Below, piece after piece: positions 24,501 through 36,028 of a DNA stretch of 64,000 nt. The notes beneath the pieces were generated by a model. The model saw only the letters and a list, made by a program, of their open reading frames with translations, searched no databases and had not been told where the DNA came from. The translations under genes and the position numbers were made by a program. This stretch comes from Octopus sinensis (lineage: Eukaryota): the NCBI RefSeq assembly GCF_006345805.1, contig NC_043016.1, positions 32,798,001 through 32,862,000 of the forward strand. Reading direction: 5' to 3'. Position 1 is the first letter of the stretch. Every line of letters starts with the position of its first letter.

Positions 24501-27500
24501 TTAGGAAGATGGATACGTTAGGAGTTCAGAACTTACCCGAAAAACTTGCACAAACCTTGCTGGCCATCGAACTGTTCTTCCTGATTTGGTGTGTCGGGGT
24601 TGTGCAGCATCTGTGGTGTTCGCTGGAGTTGCCGAGTCTGTTTGAGGAAAAGAGGGGACTGAATGTAAGTCCTCCTCGATGAAAGCTTTTTTTAAACGAT
24701 CAATCGAGACCGTATTTCGTTTACCTCCAATATCGAGGACGAAATACTTGGGTTCTCTTTTGATGACCTTGTAGGGCCCGGAATATGGTGGTCGAAGTTG
24801 AGAGGGTATCCCATCATTCCTCACGAAGACATGAGTCCATGTGTTGATATCTTTTGGGACACGTGAAACGACGTTCTGTTGTCTGGGGCCTGAGGGTGAT
24901 ACTTGCGACATGGATGTTCGTAATCGGTGCACATATTGTTGTGGGTCAGGGAAGTTTTGTGAAACAGGTTCGATCATCTGCCCAGGTAAGGTGAGTGTTG
25001 TGCCATAAACGAGTTCGGCCGGAGTATATCCCAGTTCTTCCTTAATCGTGGATCGAATTCCAAGGAGGATGAGAGGGAGATGTTCCAACCAGTGAGAACT
25101 GTCTGGAGCTGCTTTTATAGATGCCTTGAGTTGGCGGTGAAAGCGTTCCACCATGCCATTTGCTGCAGGGTGGTAAGCTGTAGTGCGGGTGTGTTTACAC
25201 CCGAGGAGACGAGTCAGCTCGGTGAAAAGGTGGGAATCGAACTGACGTCCTCTGTCGGTGGTAATTGTTGCGGGTGTGCCAAAACGCGAAACCCATTGTG
25301 ATATCAGCGTTTTAGCGACCGTTTCTGCTGATATATCAGATAGGGGCCAGGCTTCGGGCCATCGCGAGAACCTATCTACGCAAGTTAGCAAATATGAATA
25401 GTTCTGCGAAGGTGGCAGGGGTCCAACGATATCAATGTGAACGTGCTGAAATCGTGCATCGGGCTGCGAAAATGAACCGATTGGTGATTTTATGTGCCGG
25501 TGGATTTTCGCTTTTTGGCACGCAACACAGCACTTGGTCCATTCTCTGATATCCTTGTTGATACTGGTCCACACAAAACGGGTCGATATTAGCTTTTGAG
25601 TGGAGCGAATACCAGGATGTGACAGAGAATGTAGAGCGGAGAAAACTTCTCGACGATATTTCTGTGGTACATAAGGGCGTTGGTAACCAGTGGAAATATC
25701 ACACACATATGGGCTGTGGATGATGGTAGTGGAACATGCTGAAATTTCAGAGATGACGAATTCCGGAGCTTTAGAAGTTCTTCGTCATTCTCCTGGTCAG
25801 CTGCTATACGTGCCAGATCAATTGTAGACGTGGTGTGGATAGCATTGATCTGCGCACGTGAAAGTGCATCGGCTGCCACGTTGGTCGTCCCTTTGATGTG
25901 GCGTATATCCGTCGTGTACTGCGATATGAAATCGAGGTGGCGTATTTCTCTTGGCGAATGGCGATCCGGTTTGGTGTTAAATGCGTATACTAATGGCTTG
26001 TGGTCGGTATATATGGCAAAATTGGTACCTTCTAGCATATGACGGAAATGCTTAACGGCCAGGTATGCCGCCAATAATTCCCGACTGAATGTGCTGTATT
26101 TGGTTTCCGCGGGTTTTAACCGCTTAGAAAAGAAAGACAACGGTTGCCATATACCGTCAACAAGCTGTTGTAGCACACCTCCGATTCCGGAATCGGATGC
26201 ATCAACGAGTAAACATCGTGGGGCGTCTGGTTTTGGATAAACCAACATGGTAGCGCTAGATAACGCTTTTTTCAGGGCAGCGAAAGAAACGAGTTGATCT
26301 TCGGTCAGAGCTATATCTGCGTTTTTGCAGGTTCGCTGACGTAGCAAATCCGTGAGCGGTTGCGCTATTTCAGCGAGGTGGGGCACGAACCGTCGATAGA
26401 AATTCGCTAGACCGAGATATTCCCTTAATTTGCGGAGAGATGTGGGTGGTGGAAAATCCACGATGGCCTTGACTTTCTCGGGAAGGGGACGAATTCCATT
26501 TTTATCGACTATATGGCCGAGAAAATGAAGGGAAGCAACTCCGAACAAACATTTGGTAGGGTTGATAACAATTCCAAATTGACGTAGTCGTCCGAATAGC
26601 AGGTGAAGGTGTTGATTATGCTCTTCGTCCGAGTTACTGGCCACGAGTATGTCGTCTATGTAGGCATAGACGAAAGGCAAACCTCTAGTCACCATGTCGA
26701 TAAACCTTTGGAATGTCTGTGCCGCGTTTCGTAAACCGAAAGGCATACGCAGGAATTCAAACATTCCGAAAGGTGTAGTCACTGCTGTCTTTGAGATGTC
26801 TGCAGGTTCGACTGGGATTTGGTTGTATGCTCGCACCAGGTCGATTTTTGAAAAGATGCGAGCTCCATGCAGCGAGCTCGAAAAGTCCTGAAGAAAAGGC
26901 ACCGGATAGGCATCACTGATAGTGCTTTTATTCAGTGATCGATAATCGCCGCAAACCCGCCAATCGGTCGATGATTTTTTTGGGACGCAGTGTATCGGCG
27001 AGGACCAGTTGCTGCTGGAAACGCGGATGATTCCGAGGTCGAGCATGTGCTGGAATTCCCGCTTGACGGCCTGGAGACGATCAGGTGGTAACCTTCTGGG
27101 CCTTGCAGCAACAGGTGGACCGCTGGTTTTGATGTGGTGGGTAACGTCGTGCTTTATCGGCTGGTTATGAAAAACTGGCCGGGCGACATCTGGATAATCA
27201 TTCAGGATGGAACTGTGACGAGTCGTTGTCGTAAGCATTACAGTTGGGCTGACTGTGTCCATTCGAGCGGCTATACCGCGCACAGTAAGCTTGGTGGTGG
27301 TGTCGACAAGTCGTCTGTTCTTTATGTCTACCAGGAGACCGAAATGATGCAGGAAATCGGCTCCTAAGATAGGGGTCGGCAGTTTAGCGACGACGAATAC
27401 CCACTGAAATGTGCGGCGTAGTCCCATGTTTAATGTTAGGGACTGTTCACCGTAGGTTGGAATGGGTGAATGGTTGACTGCCTGAAGACAGACTGATGTC

Positions 27501-27741
27501 TCTTTTCTTTTTCCAGAGTGTTGGAGACTGGGATGATGCTGACTTCCGCACCTGTGTCAACCAGGAAACGCGTGCCTGTTACACGATCGCAAACGAAAAA
27601 CAGGCGACTGTGTGGGTGCGAACCAGGAACTTCCGTCGCGTTCAATTCCTGGCTGTGCCGTTTCCCGAACTGGGTGAGGAAAACGAGCACGGTACCGTAC
27701 ATTTTTGTGCCCGTGTTCCGAATGTTCGGTGGTACCAACAC
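24501..27741 (-). CDS. Gypsy pol (protease, RT, RNase H, integrase), two apparent frameshifts (about 27500 and 25700)
   Basis: [10 protein letters not shown]; [21 protein letters not shown]; [17 protein letters not shown]; HSLSHPG...[30 protein letters not shown]. Confidence 0.9.
27604..27666 (-). promoter_or_regulatory. Predicted -1 ribosomal frameshift signal (GGGAAAC + pseudoknot)
   Basis: G GGA AAC in gag frame at 27666-27660; the -1 frame reads into protease; 7-nt spacer, stem CCAGGAATT/AAGTTCCTGG, loop GCGAC complementary to downstream GTCGC. Confidence 0.7.
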
Positions 27742-28517
27742 GTGTCATGCGAGCCGCGGGTAGCACTAGGGCTTCGGGACCGTCTGCCATCTCGTCGAGA
27801 TCGGCTGGTGCTTCGACGCTGGGGACTAAACTTTAGGGCTTGTATTTGGGCTGTGAGAATTTGTATTTGCGCAGCTTGCTGCGTCATTAATGCACGCAAA
27901 TCCGAAATCTCTGAAGAACTGGTTTGTGCACGGAAAAGATTGGTAATTGGAGCGGCTGGCGTCACCGTCGATACCGTTGGATATCTGTGCGGTACTTCGG
28001 CTATTTTGTCAGCTAGCTCCGCCAGTTCTTCAAGGGATGTGTTTTCTCTGGTGGACGCGAGAACAACCTGGGTATTGGAGGGCAGACGCTGGAGAAAAAG
28101 TTGCTTGAAGATTTTTTCTGGGAGCGTCTCATCTCCGAGAAGCTGTTTCATTCTCCGAAGAAGCTGGGACGGCGTTTTGTCACCCAATTCTTCCGATATC
28201 AGAAGCTGGTGAAGTCTTTTTTGTTGGGATTCTGAGGTTCTGTTTATTAACGTGGTTTTAAAAACTTCATATGAAACAGAACCGGGTGGTGCCATGATAA
28301 GGTCGCGTATCACGTTCGTTATTTCTGGTGACAGAGAACTGATAACGTGAGAAAGTCGAGCCGCATCGCTCGATATTCTGTGAGAGGCAAACTGTGCCTC
28401 TATATGGTGAAACCACAATGTCGGGTCGTGGGTCCAGAATGGTGGAATTTTTAACGAGATCGCCGCTTGGAATGCCATGTCGATGTTGGCCGCTGGGTTT
28501 TGTTCCGGGAGATTCAT
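27642..28517 (-). CDS. Gypsy gag
   Basis: KIPPFWTHDPTLWFHHIEAQF N-terminus, [37 protein letters not shown] (CHCC). Confidence 0.9.
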   Translation of the reverse strand: MNLPEQNPAANIDMAFQAAISLKIPPFWTHDPTLWFHHIEAQFASHRISSDAARLSHVISSLSPEITNVIRDLIMAPPGSVSYEVFKTTLINRTSESQQKRLHQLLISEELGDKTPSQLLRRMKQLLGDETLPEKIFKQLFLQRLPSNTQVVLASTRENTSLEELAELADKIAEVPHRYPTVSTVTPAAPITNLFRAQTSSSEISDLRALMTQQAAQIQILTAQIQALKFSPQRRSTSRSRRDGRRSRSPSATRGSHDTCWYHRTFGTRAQKCTVPCSFSSPSSGNGTARN

Positions 28518-28622
28518 TGTTTTCGTCGGAATTTTCAGTTGCTTCGTTGCTGGTGATGTGCAAACTGTAATTCTTCGACGCGGTTGATGAAGCTGGTTCC
28601 AGGGAAGGCGCGATTCGTTTTA

Positions 28623-28635
28623 CGGGGTCACCAAA
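28623..28635 (-). promoter_or_regulatory. Primer binding site, tRNA-Trp type
   Basis: TT-TGGTGACCCCG right after the 5' LTR; complementary to the 3' end of metazoan tRNA-Trp (CGGGGUCACCA). Confidence 0.8.
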
Positions 28636-29223
28636 TGTAGTGGATGCGTGAATGTATTAATAAATACATAAGTGCTTTGTAATAAATTAAAGATTTATTA
28701 TCACTACATCAATTTGTAAGCAATGTTGCACATCGCTTGTACAAAATGCATATTAAATAGTGGTTGCAAATAATACATATTAAAGGAATGCATAATACAG
28801 GATAAACATTAAAGCAGAATATGTTTGATGGTGTGTGTGTGTGTGTGTGTGTGTAAATCATGCATGACAGAGTCACCTTTCTGATTATTCTTTCGTCGTC
28901 CTCATAAATGCGTGGCGTTCTCTTAAACGTTGGTTCGGGTTCTCTCTAGATACCTATTTCTCCGTTCTATTTATAACATCTCAAATAGCCAGAAAAATAG
29001 ATATACCGCAAGAGTGTTATTGCGTACAGTAGGTCGCTGGTCGTCCTGTTAAACTTCGCCTGACCTGCTCGGGTCAGAGGTCGAAGGGAGACGATCCATC
29101 ATTTTTTTGTCAGAACAAAGAGATTCTGATTTCGCGCCTTTTTGTGCATTGGTATTTTACGACCAATGATTCTTGGGTCTGATTTCGAATCCAAGCTTTG
29201 AGAAGGAAGTGTTAATTCTTACA
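28636..29223 (-). repeat. 5' LTR (588 nt)
   Basis: Near-identical to 23344-23930. Confidence 0.95.
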
Positions 29224-29254
29224 ACCTGATAGGATTATTCGAATCCTGTTTAAG

Positions 29255-30706
29255 TCAAGTTTTGTTTATGGTCCATTCAAGTAGTGAGTTCTTGTTGGGT
29301 GAGTTGTATACAATTATGGGTGGCTTATCTGGTATTCTTTGAAGGAATCTATCCAGACTCCGTTTAAAGTTGATGGGATCCTTTTCCTCTTTGATCTCTT
29401 TCGGGACAATGTTAAATAGGGCAGGGCCTGTTGGGGAAAACAAATTATGTTGCAGTGTACATGTATGCTGTGACCTTGAATTGAGCAGGGGACGTATGGC
29501 CCGTGGTCCCAGTCTTGGATGAACCTTGAAGCTAATGTTCAGGTCGTTTGGGAAAAGTTGGCGGTATATTCTCCACATCGTACAAATGATGTACCGCTCA
29601 CGGCGACGCTGGAGAGAGTAAAGTTTCAAGGCTTTAAGGCGATCCCAGTAATCGAGAGCAGCCATGCCTTCAATTCGTTTAGTGAGTGCCCTCTGGGGTG
29701 ACTCAATCCTCGAGATGTTTTGTCTTGTATGGGGAGACCACAGTGGGCAGCAATATTCAAGGTGTGGCCGTGCACCTTGTTCTCTGGACCGGAAAGTTCT
29801 TAAGATCCAGGAACTCATCCTCAGAGCTATATCGACCTTCTTGTTGATGTGTGCACTCCAACTGAGATCGTCATCAACAATTACACCCAGGTCTCTGATA
29901 TTGTTAGAGGCTGTGAGCGGTTCCCCTGAAGGAAGAGAGTATCGCTGTTTTAGTGAGGAATTTCTTCCAAAATGCATCAGCTCAAATTTTCCCTCGTTCA
30001 GTTGCATTTTGTTTCTGTCTGCCCATTGACTCACAGCATATAGATCAGACTGGAGTTGAGTTCGGTCTGCTTCTTCATTGACGATTTGCTGGAGCTTAGT
30101 GTCATCAGCAAATATTTTCACTTTGCAGTAATGTACGACACTGGAAAGGTCGTTTATGTAAATTATGAAGAGTAGCGGACCCAAGACAGTCTCCTGGAGG
30201 ACACCGCTGGTGACTTTTGCTGGGCTTGAGTGGACTCCATCAACTACAACATGTTGTGTTCTATTTGCCAGGAAATACTTAATCCAGTGTAGAACTTTTC
30301 CACGGATTCCAACGTTTGCCAATTTTGAGAGTAGGATATTATGGTCTACCCTGTCGAACGCTTTACTGAAGTCAAGATATATGACATCAGAGTTCGAACC
30401 TGTTCCCAAGGCTTTGAGTACATCTTCAATGTGGTGTAAGAGCTGTGTTAGACAGTCCCTGCCATAGCGAAAGCCATGCTGATTTGCATTTAGGAGTTTG
30501 TGGGTCTCCAGGAAGTCAGCTATCCTTGATCTTAACACTCTTTCAAACACTTTAATGATGTGGGAGGTGAGTGAGATTGGGCGATAGTTGAGAGCGAGGG
30601 ATCTGCTTCCCTGTTTGAAAACCGGGATGACTGACTGGGATAGAAACTGTTTCGGTATATAACCTGCGTGTAACGAATTTCTCCAGAGGTTGGTCAGAGA
30701 CTGCAA
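29255..30706 (-). CDS. LINE ORF2 RT domain (483 aa open)
   Basis: YRPISLTS, QHGFR, YLDFSKAFDRVDH, FADD, RRRERY. Confidence 0.85.
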   Translation of the reverse strand: MQSLTNLWRNSLHAGYIPKQFLSQSVIPVFKQGSRSLALNYRPISLTSHIIKVFERVLRSRIADFLETHKLLNANQHGFRYGRDCLTQLLHHIEDVLKALGTGSNSDVIYLDFSKAFDRVDHNILLSKLANVGIRGKVLHWIKYFLANRTQHVVVDGVHSSPAKVTSGVLQETVLGPLLFIIYINDLSSVVHYCKVKIFADDTKLQQIVNEEADRTQLQSDLYAVSQWADRNKMQLNEGKFELMHFGRNSSLKQRYSLPSGEPLTASNNIRDLGVIVDDDLSWSAHINKKVDIALRMSSWILRTFRSREQGARPHLEYCCPLWSPHTRQNISRIESPQRALTKRIEGMAALDYWDRLKALKLYSLQRRRERYIICTMWRIYRQLFPNDLNISFKVHPRLGPRAIRPLLNSRSQHTCTLQHNLFSPTGPALFNIVPKEIKEEKDPINFKRSLDRFLQRIPDKPPIIVYNSPNKNSLLEWTINKT

Positions 30707-31229
30707 GTTGGTGTCTACATTCCTACAGGAGACTAGCGGGGAATCTATCAGAGCCTACAGCAGAGTAGTATTTGACCTCATTTATTGCTGCTACGATGTC
30801 AGTGGCAGTGAAGGTTATGTCTGAGATTTTATGTTGGGAGTCAACTTCGTTCGCTTCTCTTACGTCAATATCAGTGGGAACACTAAAGACAGAGCAGTAT
30901 TGTTTCTGCAGTATTTCTGCCATTTCTTTAGCATCGTGTTGGGGAATGCCGTTATCATCAATCAATGGCCCAATGGGTGAGACAGTGGTTCTATGCTTAT
31001 TTGCATAAGAATAGAACACTTTTGGGTTCTGTTTGATGTTTTTGATTACCCACTGTTCCTCCACAGCTCTTTCATTTCCAATGGAGGTTTTCATGTCGGT
31101 CTGCAGATGAAGTTTTTCCAGCTCTAGCCTTTTCATTGTTGTTGAATGTGGATGTTGTATGAGGGAATATCTTAATTGGTTGATTTTTTTGTTGAGTCTT
31201 TTGATGCGCCTGATGAGTGCTTTTATTCT

Positions 31230-32545
31230 TCCACTCTTCTTCCCCATTCTTGGTCTGCCGTTAAATTTGCCGGTTCTCTAGCCTTCGCTTTTGTATTCTT
31301 ATCTTCGCACGTTCGATCTTCCATCTCGTCTGTAGTCTTATTTTTCGCTTTTTTCTTTTTTTGAACTTTAGGTGGTGATTCCACCCTCGCTCTCTTTCTA
31401 TCTTCTTTTCTTCTGTTCTTTCCTTTTCTTTCTCCAACTCGTCACCACTTTCCACATTTTCTGTGTTTACACATTTTTCATCCGCCATTTGCAATATTTC
31501 TGTCCGAGCTTCCAATGTTCTCGTCGGACATACATCTTTCATGTGGCCTCTAATTTTACACTTGTAGCACACTGGTGGTCTCCCCTCCACCACGACTCTG
31601 AGTCGAGTCTCGTCGGGGAACACCAACTCCTCTGGGATGTTATACAGGTCTTGTATGGTTATATGAACCAAAGCCTGCACCGCATAACCCCACCACTGTA
31701 CATCTTTCGATTTTTCTACTTTCAATACTTTCAACGCTTTCTTTGCCGTTGAATACCACTGCCGCTAAGATTCTTTCCATGTTCAGCTTCGGCGAAATCT
31801 TACTGATTCGTATTCTTACTGCCCTTTTTCCACGATAACTTGGTAATAACATCCATTTTTCTGTTTTCAGTATTTGCGTGGCATTCTTCTTCGCTTCGTC
31901 TTCGTTTTTAAAATGAACGACCACTGTTGCGTATTTTCTACCTCTATTATAGAAGGTAGGTTCTCCTTCAACTCCATTCAGACAGCGCTCAATTTCCTCT
32001 ATCGGTGCCACTTCTACTTTCTTTGAAGCCACGTTCCACGTTCTGTATGTTATAATATGTTCTCTGCGTCTTTCGCTTCTTCTTCAGGTGGTGTGATCCT
32101 CACACAGTCACCTTCTCTCTTCAAGCTGTCGAAATAATTCTTCAAAATCTCCTTCTCGACTGTAACTTCTTCCAACTGTAGTTCGCTCGCAGCCAGGCCC
32201 TTGCCTGCCGCTCCCACATACGTTTGGGTTTAAATTTTTGAGAAAAAAAATCCCCAATGCCGCAACCGCTTCCACCAACGAATTCGATCTCACAACCGCG
32301 ACGACTATAGTTTCGAGGTTTTTGCCTCTCGTCAACGTATGGTAAACACCGGTCTTCGATTGGATTTATCTTTATTATGATCAAGTGATCTAACATAGAA
32401 GGGGACATTACAGGACAAAACAATTACAAAAATGCTATGCGAGTTCGAATGAAATTATAAAAATTACAAAAATAAAATTTTATGTAACTTGAACGAAAAC
32501 TTGGCTTACTTTTGCCTTTATCACGAGAACTTTTAGTGCGTATGT
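31230..32545 (-). mobile_element. Tx1-like copy C: 5' region + ORF1 only
   Basis: RLRVVVEGRPPVCYKCKIRGHMKDVC (CCHC) and NRGRKYATVVVHF align by eye with ORF1 of copies A and B; no ORF2 follows. Confidence 0.75.
32301..32352 (-). ncRNA. Hammerhead motif upstream of Tx1-C ORF1 (one C missing at the cleavage site/stem I)
   Basis: TACG-TTGACGA-GAGG-CAAAAA-CCTC-GAAAC-TATA-GTC-GT; near-identical to 38117-38161. Confidence 0.6.
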
Positions 32546-32647
32546 TTTCTTTTTTTTTTATTATTTCTTTATTTTAAACAGTTATGTACAGTGAAAGGGA
32601 ATGGGAGCCTATAAATTCCAGCAGCTGATTTTTCCTTTCCTCGATGA

Positions 32648-35600
32648 TTAAGCTGGGTTACTCTCACCCACCTTTCTCATCACATCCTTCCAACGTTCCA
32701 TATACTCTTTCTGTGGCATCTTGCTCTTCAGATGATATCCGAAGTATTTTAACAAACCGGGGCCAGAGATAAAGGACCCTTTCACTAGACCTTCCAATCT
32801 AGTTCTCCATACACACTCTTTCAATACTGCCACCGTACAGTAAAAACAAGCCTTACCTTCCTTTGAGAGTCCAGTTGGCGGTATCATCTTAATCATAGAT
32901 CCAGCCGACAGCTGTACTCGTCCCAGATGCGACAACACGTGTTCAACGTAACTTATCAAGCCTGACAGCTCCCGACATTGTACAAAAGCGTGTTGAACGG
33001 TTTCATCGTCCAACCCACATCTTGGACACGTCGGTGGCACTGACATTCCGTGCCTGGATAACTTCTCGCGAACAGGTAATGCATTCCTATAGCACTGCCA
33101 GGTCAGGGATTTTTGGTAATTATCTAAATACCCCGACCTGAAAGTCTTCTTAAACAGGTTGGAGAGTTGATCCTCATCGAACCCCAGAGCCCTTCCTAGG
33201 ACGTCGTCATTTTTTCCCTCTACCAGCCCTTTATAGAACACCGAGGTGGTATTCCCGCTGCCGGCCTTGCCCATCTTGTGGATCAGCCAGAGTGCCTGTC
33301 GGCACTCCTTCTGCCATGAAGTCAGGTTACGTCCTTTAATGAGACCGGGTGTAAATCCCTCCATAGAGGCCGGTCGCGGGAAGAATTCCTCTGCCAGCGA
33401 ACTCCACACCTTATCATCCTCCAGGTAACACCAGAGGTGTCTCAGCCTCAACGCATGCTTGCGCATCCCCAGTCCACCCTTTAGCGGTTCCTGGCAACAC
33501 ACGGAGCGTCTCACAAGTGGCTTTTCTTCTCCTTCCACAAAAAGCGGAAAAGGAGTCGTTCCAACTTGTTTAACCACGAATCGGGGCAAGGCACGACGGT
33601 CAGGCGGTAGGTGACGACAGAGGCTATAAACATCTGTGCCACCTCAGCCCTCCCTTTCAAGGAAAGATACCTTCCGGACCACTTCCGTACTATGGCTTCT
33701 ACCTGCTCGTTACCTCCCTCGCTCCAATTCTTCTCCGTCTGGGAGTCTGGACCAAACCAGACTCCGAGCAATTTAACAGGACCATCCGTCCAGTGTCCAA
33801 CAACACTGGACGGTATCGGCTTGTTCCTCCAGGTGCCGAGGCGCAAACCGATGGACTTGTCCCTGTTAACTTTTGCCCCTGCCACCGCTTCGTATCTTCG
33901 GAGAGCACCTGCTACCCGAGGTAGCTGTGTTCCCTTGGACACGATGAGGGTGACGTCATCCGCATAGGCAGAAACAGACTTACCGCATCCGATTTCATTA
34001 GGGTTGCCTCCCAACTTCTCCAGCTCCCGTAGCAATGGCTCAAGAGCCAAAACATACAGGAGCGGGGACAAGGGGCACCCTTGACGAACTGAATGCTTGA
34101 TCGAAAACGGCTCCGTTAGGTAACCGTTTATCTGGACTGTGGACTTGATGCCGCTGTACATAGCTGAGATCCACCCGCAGAAGCCAGGGCCCAGCCCAGC
34201 CGCTTCGAGGACCGCCGCCAAGTACCGATGGTCTACCCTATCGAACGCTTTACTTAGGTCTAAATGGACCAATGACCCTCCTTTACCGTCTAATTTCCCG
34301 ACCCTATCTATAGTGTAGCGGAGAAGGTGAAGATTATCCTGGATCGACCTTCCTGGGATTGCACATGTCTGTGCCTTCCCGACAAGTTTCTCTACGACAG
34401 CCGTCAGCCTTTTTGCTAACACCTTGGCCAAAATCTTAAACTCTACATTAAGTAGAGTTATGGGCCTATAATTACTAATACTTTCCCCCTTGCTCGGGTC
34501 TTTCTGGACAAGCGTCACAACTCTCCGACTCACAGAGCTGGGAATCCTCCCATTCTGTTACCAGTTTGCATAGACGCTTGCCAGTATGTCCCCGAACAAG
34601 TCCGGCATACAACAATAAAATTCATAGGGCAGACCATCCAACCCCGGCGACTTTTCCCCGGCGCACTCGGCCATAACCCCTCTTACCTCCGCGGGAGAGA
34701 TCGATCCTTCACAGCACTCCGCCTCACCTGCCGAGAGCCGAGGCCCACCAGCTAGGAAGTCCTTTAAGGTCTCCCCACGCTCGAGCAGACCACCGCCCCC
34801 AAACAGCCGTGCGAAATGCTGGTGAAGGACCTTCTGCATCTCCTCCTGTCCATAGATCTTGCGGTCCTGCTCGTCAGTTAAGGACATAATACAGGACTTT
34901 TTGCCCTTCTGACTCTCCTCACGACGAGCCCATCCGGCAACGTTACTACCTTCTCGTTTTCCTGCACGTAACTTAGCTCTGACTCTACACCCCTAGTGCT
35001 TGGCGTTGAGGTGACGGTACAATATCGCTCTCGCTGCCAACACTCCGGATGCACAGCCAGATTCCATAGCCTCGTCTAAGTTCTTAACTAATTCGCCCTC
35101 TATTCTAGTCCTATCTAAACTTAGCTGCTTGCTAAATCTAATGGACTCCAAACGGATGGCTCTTTTGAGGGCGAGCCACCATCTATTATTAATGATGGTG
35201 CCACATAATGCCCTCTGTACTAATTCCTTAATCCGGGTACGGAAAGCTTCACAAGTCAAAATAGACTTGTTCATTTTCCAGTACCCGGGACCTTGTCTAT
35301 GGCATTTATCTACCTGTACCTCACACGTCACAAGTTTGTGATCCGTGTAAGGCACAACAGAGAATTGTGGACAGTTAACACTATTCCTATCTCGTTCCTT
35401 AACAAATACTCTATCTATGTACGATCTGCGTGAGCCGTCGTTATTACTCCACGTCCACTGTGGAAGGTTCGGCTTATCCAGTCGAAAACGGTCTACTAGA
35501 TTAAAGCTCGCTAGTAGAGCCTTGAGGCCAGGATTCCCCTTCCTATCGCTCGAGCCTACACCATCCACCCGCGCATCGAGAATGGTGTTGAAATCCCCTA

Positions 35601-36006
35601 CCAAGACTACCGTTTTGGACGTCACTAGAAAGTGCTCCAGTTCCCGAAAAAAACCGGTCTGCCCACGTCCATTAGGAGCGTAGACAGCCACCAACCTGAA
35701 GGACTGCTTACTCACGTGCGTCACATCTAGGACAACCAGCCTACCTTCTGGGTCCAGAAAGACAGTACTTACCTGTAAGTCCAAGTTCTTCCTGAAAAGA
35801 ACTGCCACGCCTGCACCTCCCTCCCGGCTAGGAGAAATAAATTTCTCGTAACCATTGAGAAGTGGTGAAAACGCTTGGGGTCCTTTCATCTTGGACTCGG
35901 TAACAATAGCTACATCGATTCTATGTGAAATGAGGTCGTCTCGAAAACAAGCCTGTTTCCATTTCGACCCCATTCCACGCACATTTATACAACCTAACTT
36001 AATCAT
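32648..36006 (-). pseudogene. Tx1-B ORF2 (APE + RT + C-terminal CCHC), frameshifted
   Basis: LGCINVRG, VLVGDFN, TDHKLV; GLDGLP, YRPITLLN, DLSKAFDRVDH, QGCPLSP, AYADD; CPRCGLDDETVQHAFVQC. Confidence 0.9.
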
Positions 36007-36028
36007 CGAAAAAAAGAAATTTATTTAC

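Larger units (their letters stand above)
23344..29223 (-). mobile_element. Full-length Ty3/Gypsy LTR retrotransposon, CsRn1/Kabuki/Boudicca-type
   Basis: TG...CA LTRs, ACCT TSD (23340-23343 and 29224-29227), PBS, PPT, gag-PR-RT-RH-IN order, CHCC gag motif, DTG protease. Confidence 0.95.
23281..31230 (-). mobile_element. CR1/Proto2-like LINE (5'-truncated), 3' UTR split by the Gypsy insertion
   Basis: ORFs 30723-31247 and 29255-30706 (RT motifs); 29224-29254 joins 23281-23343 to rebuild a 3' end like that at 16308-16375. Confidence 0.85.
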
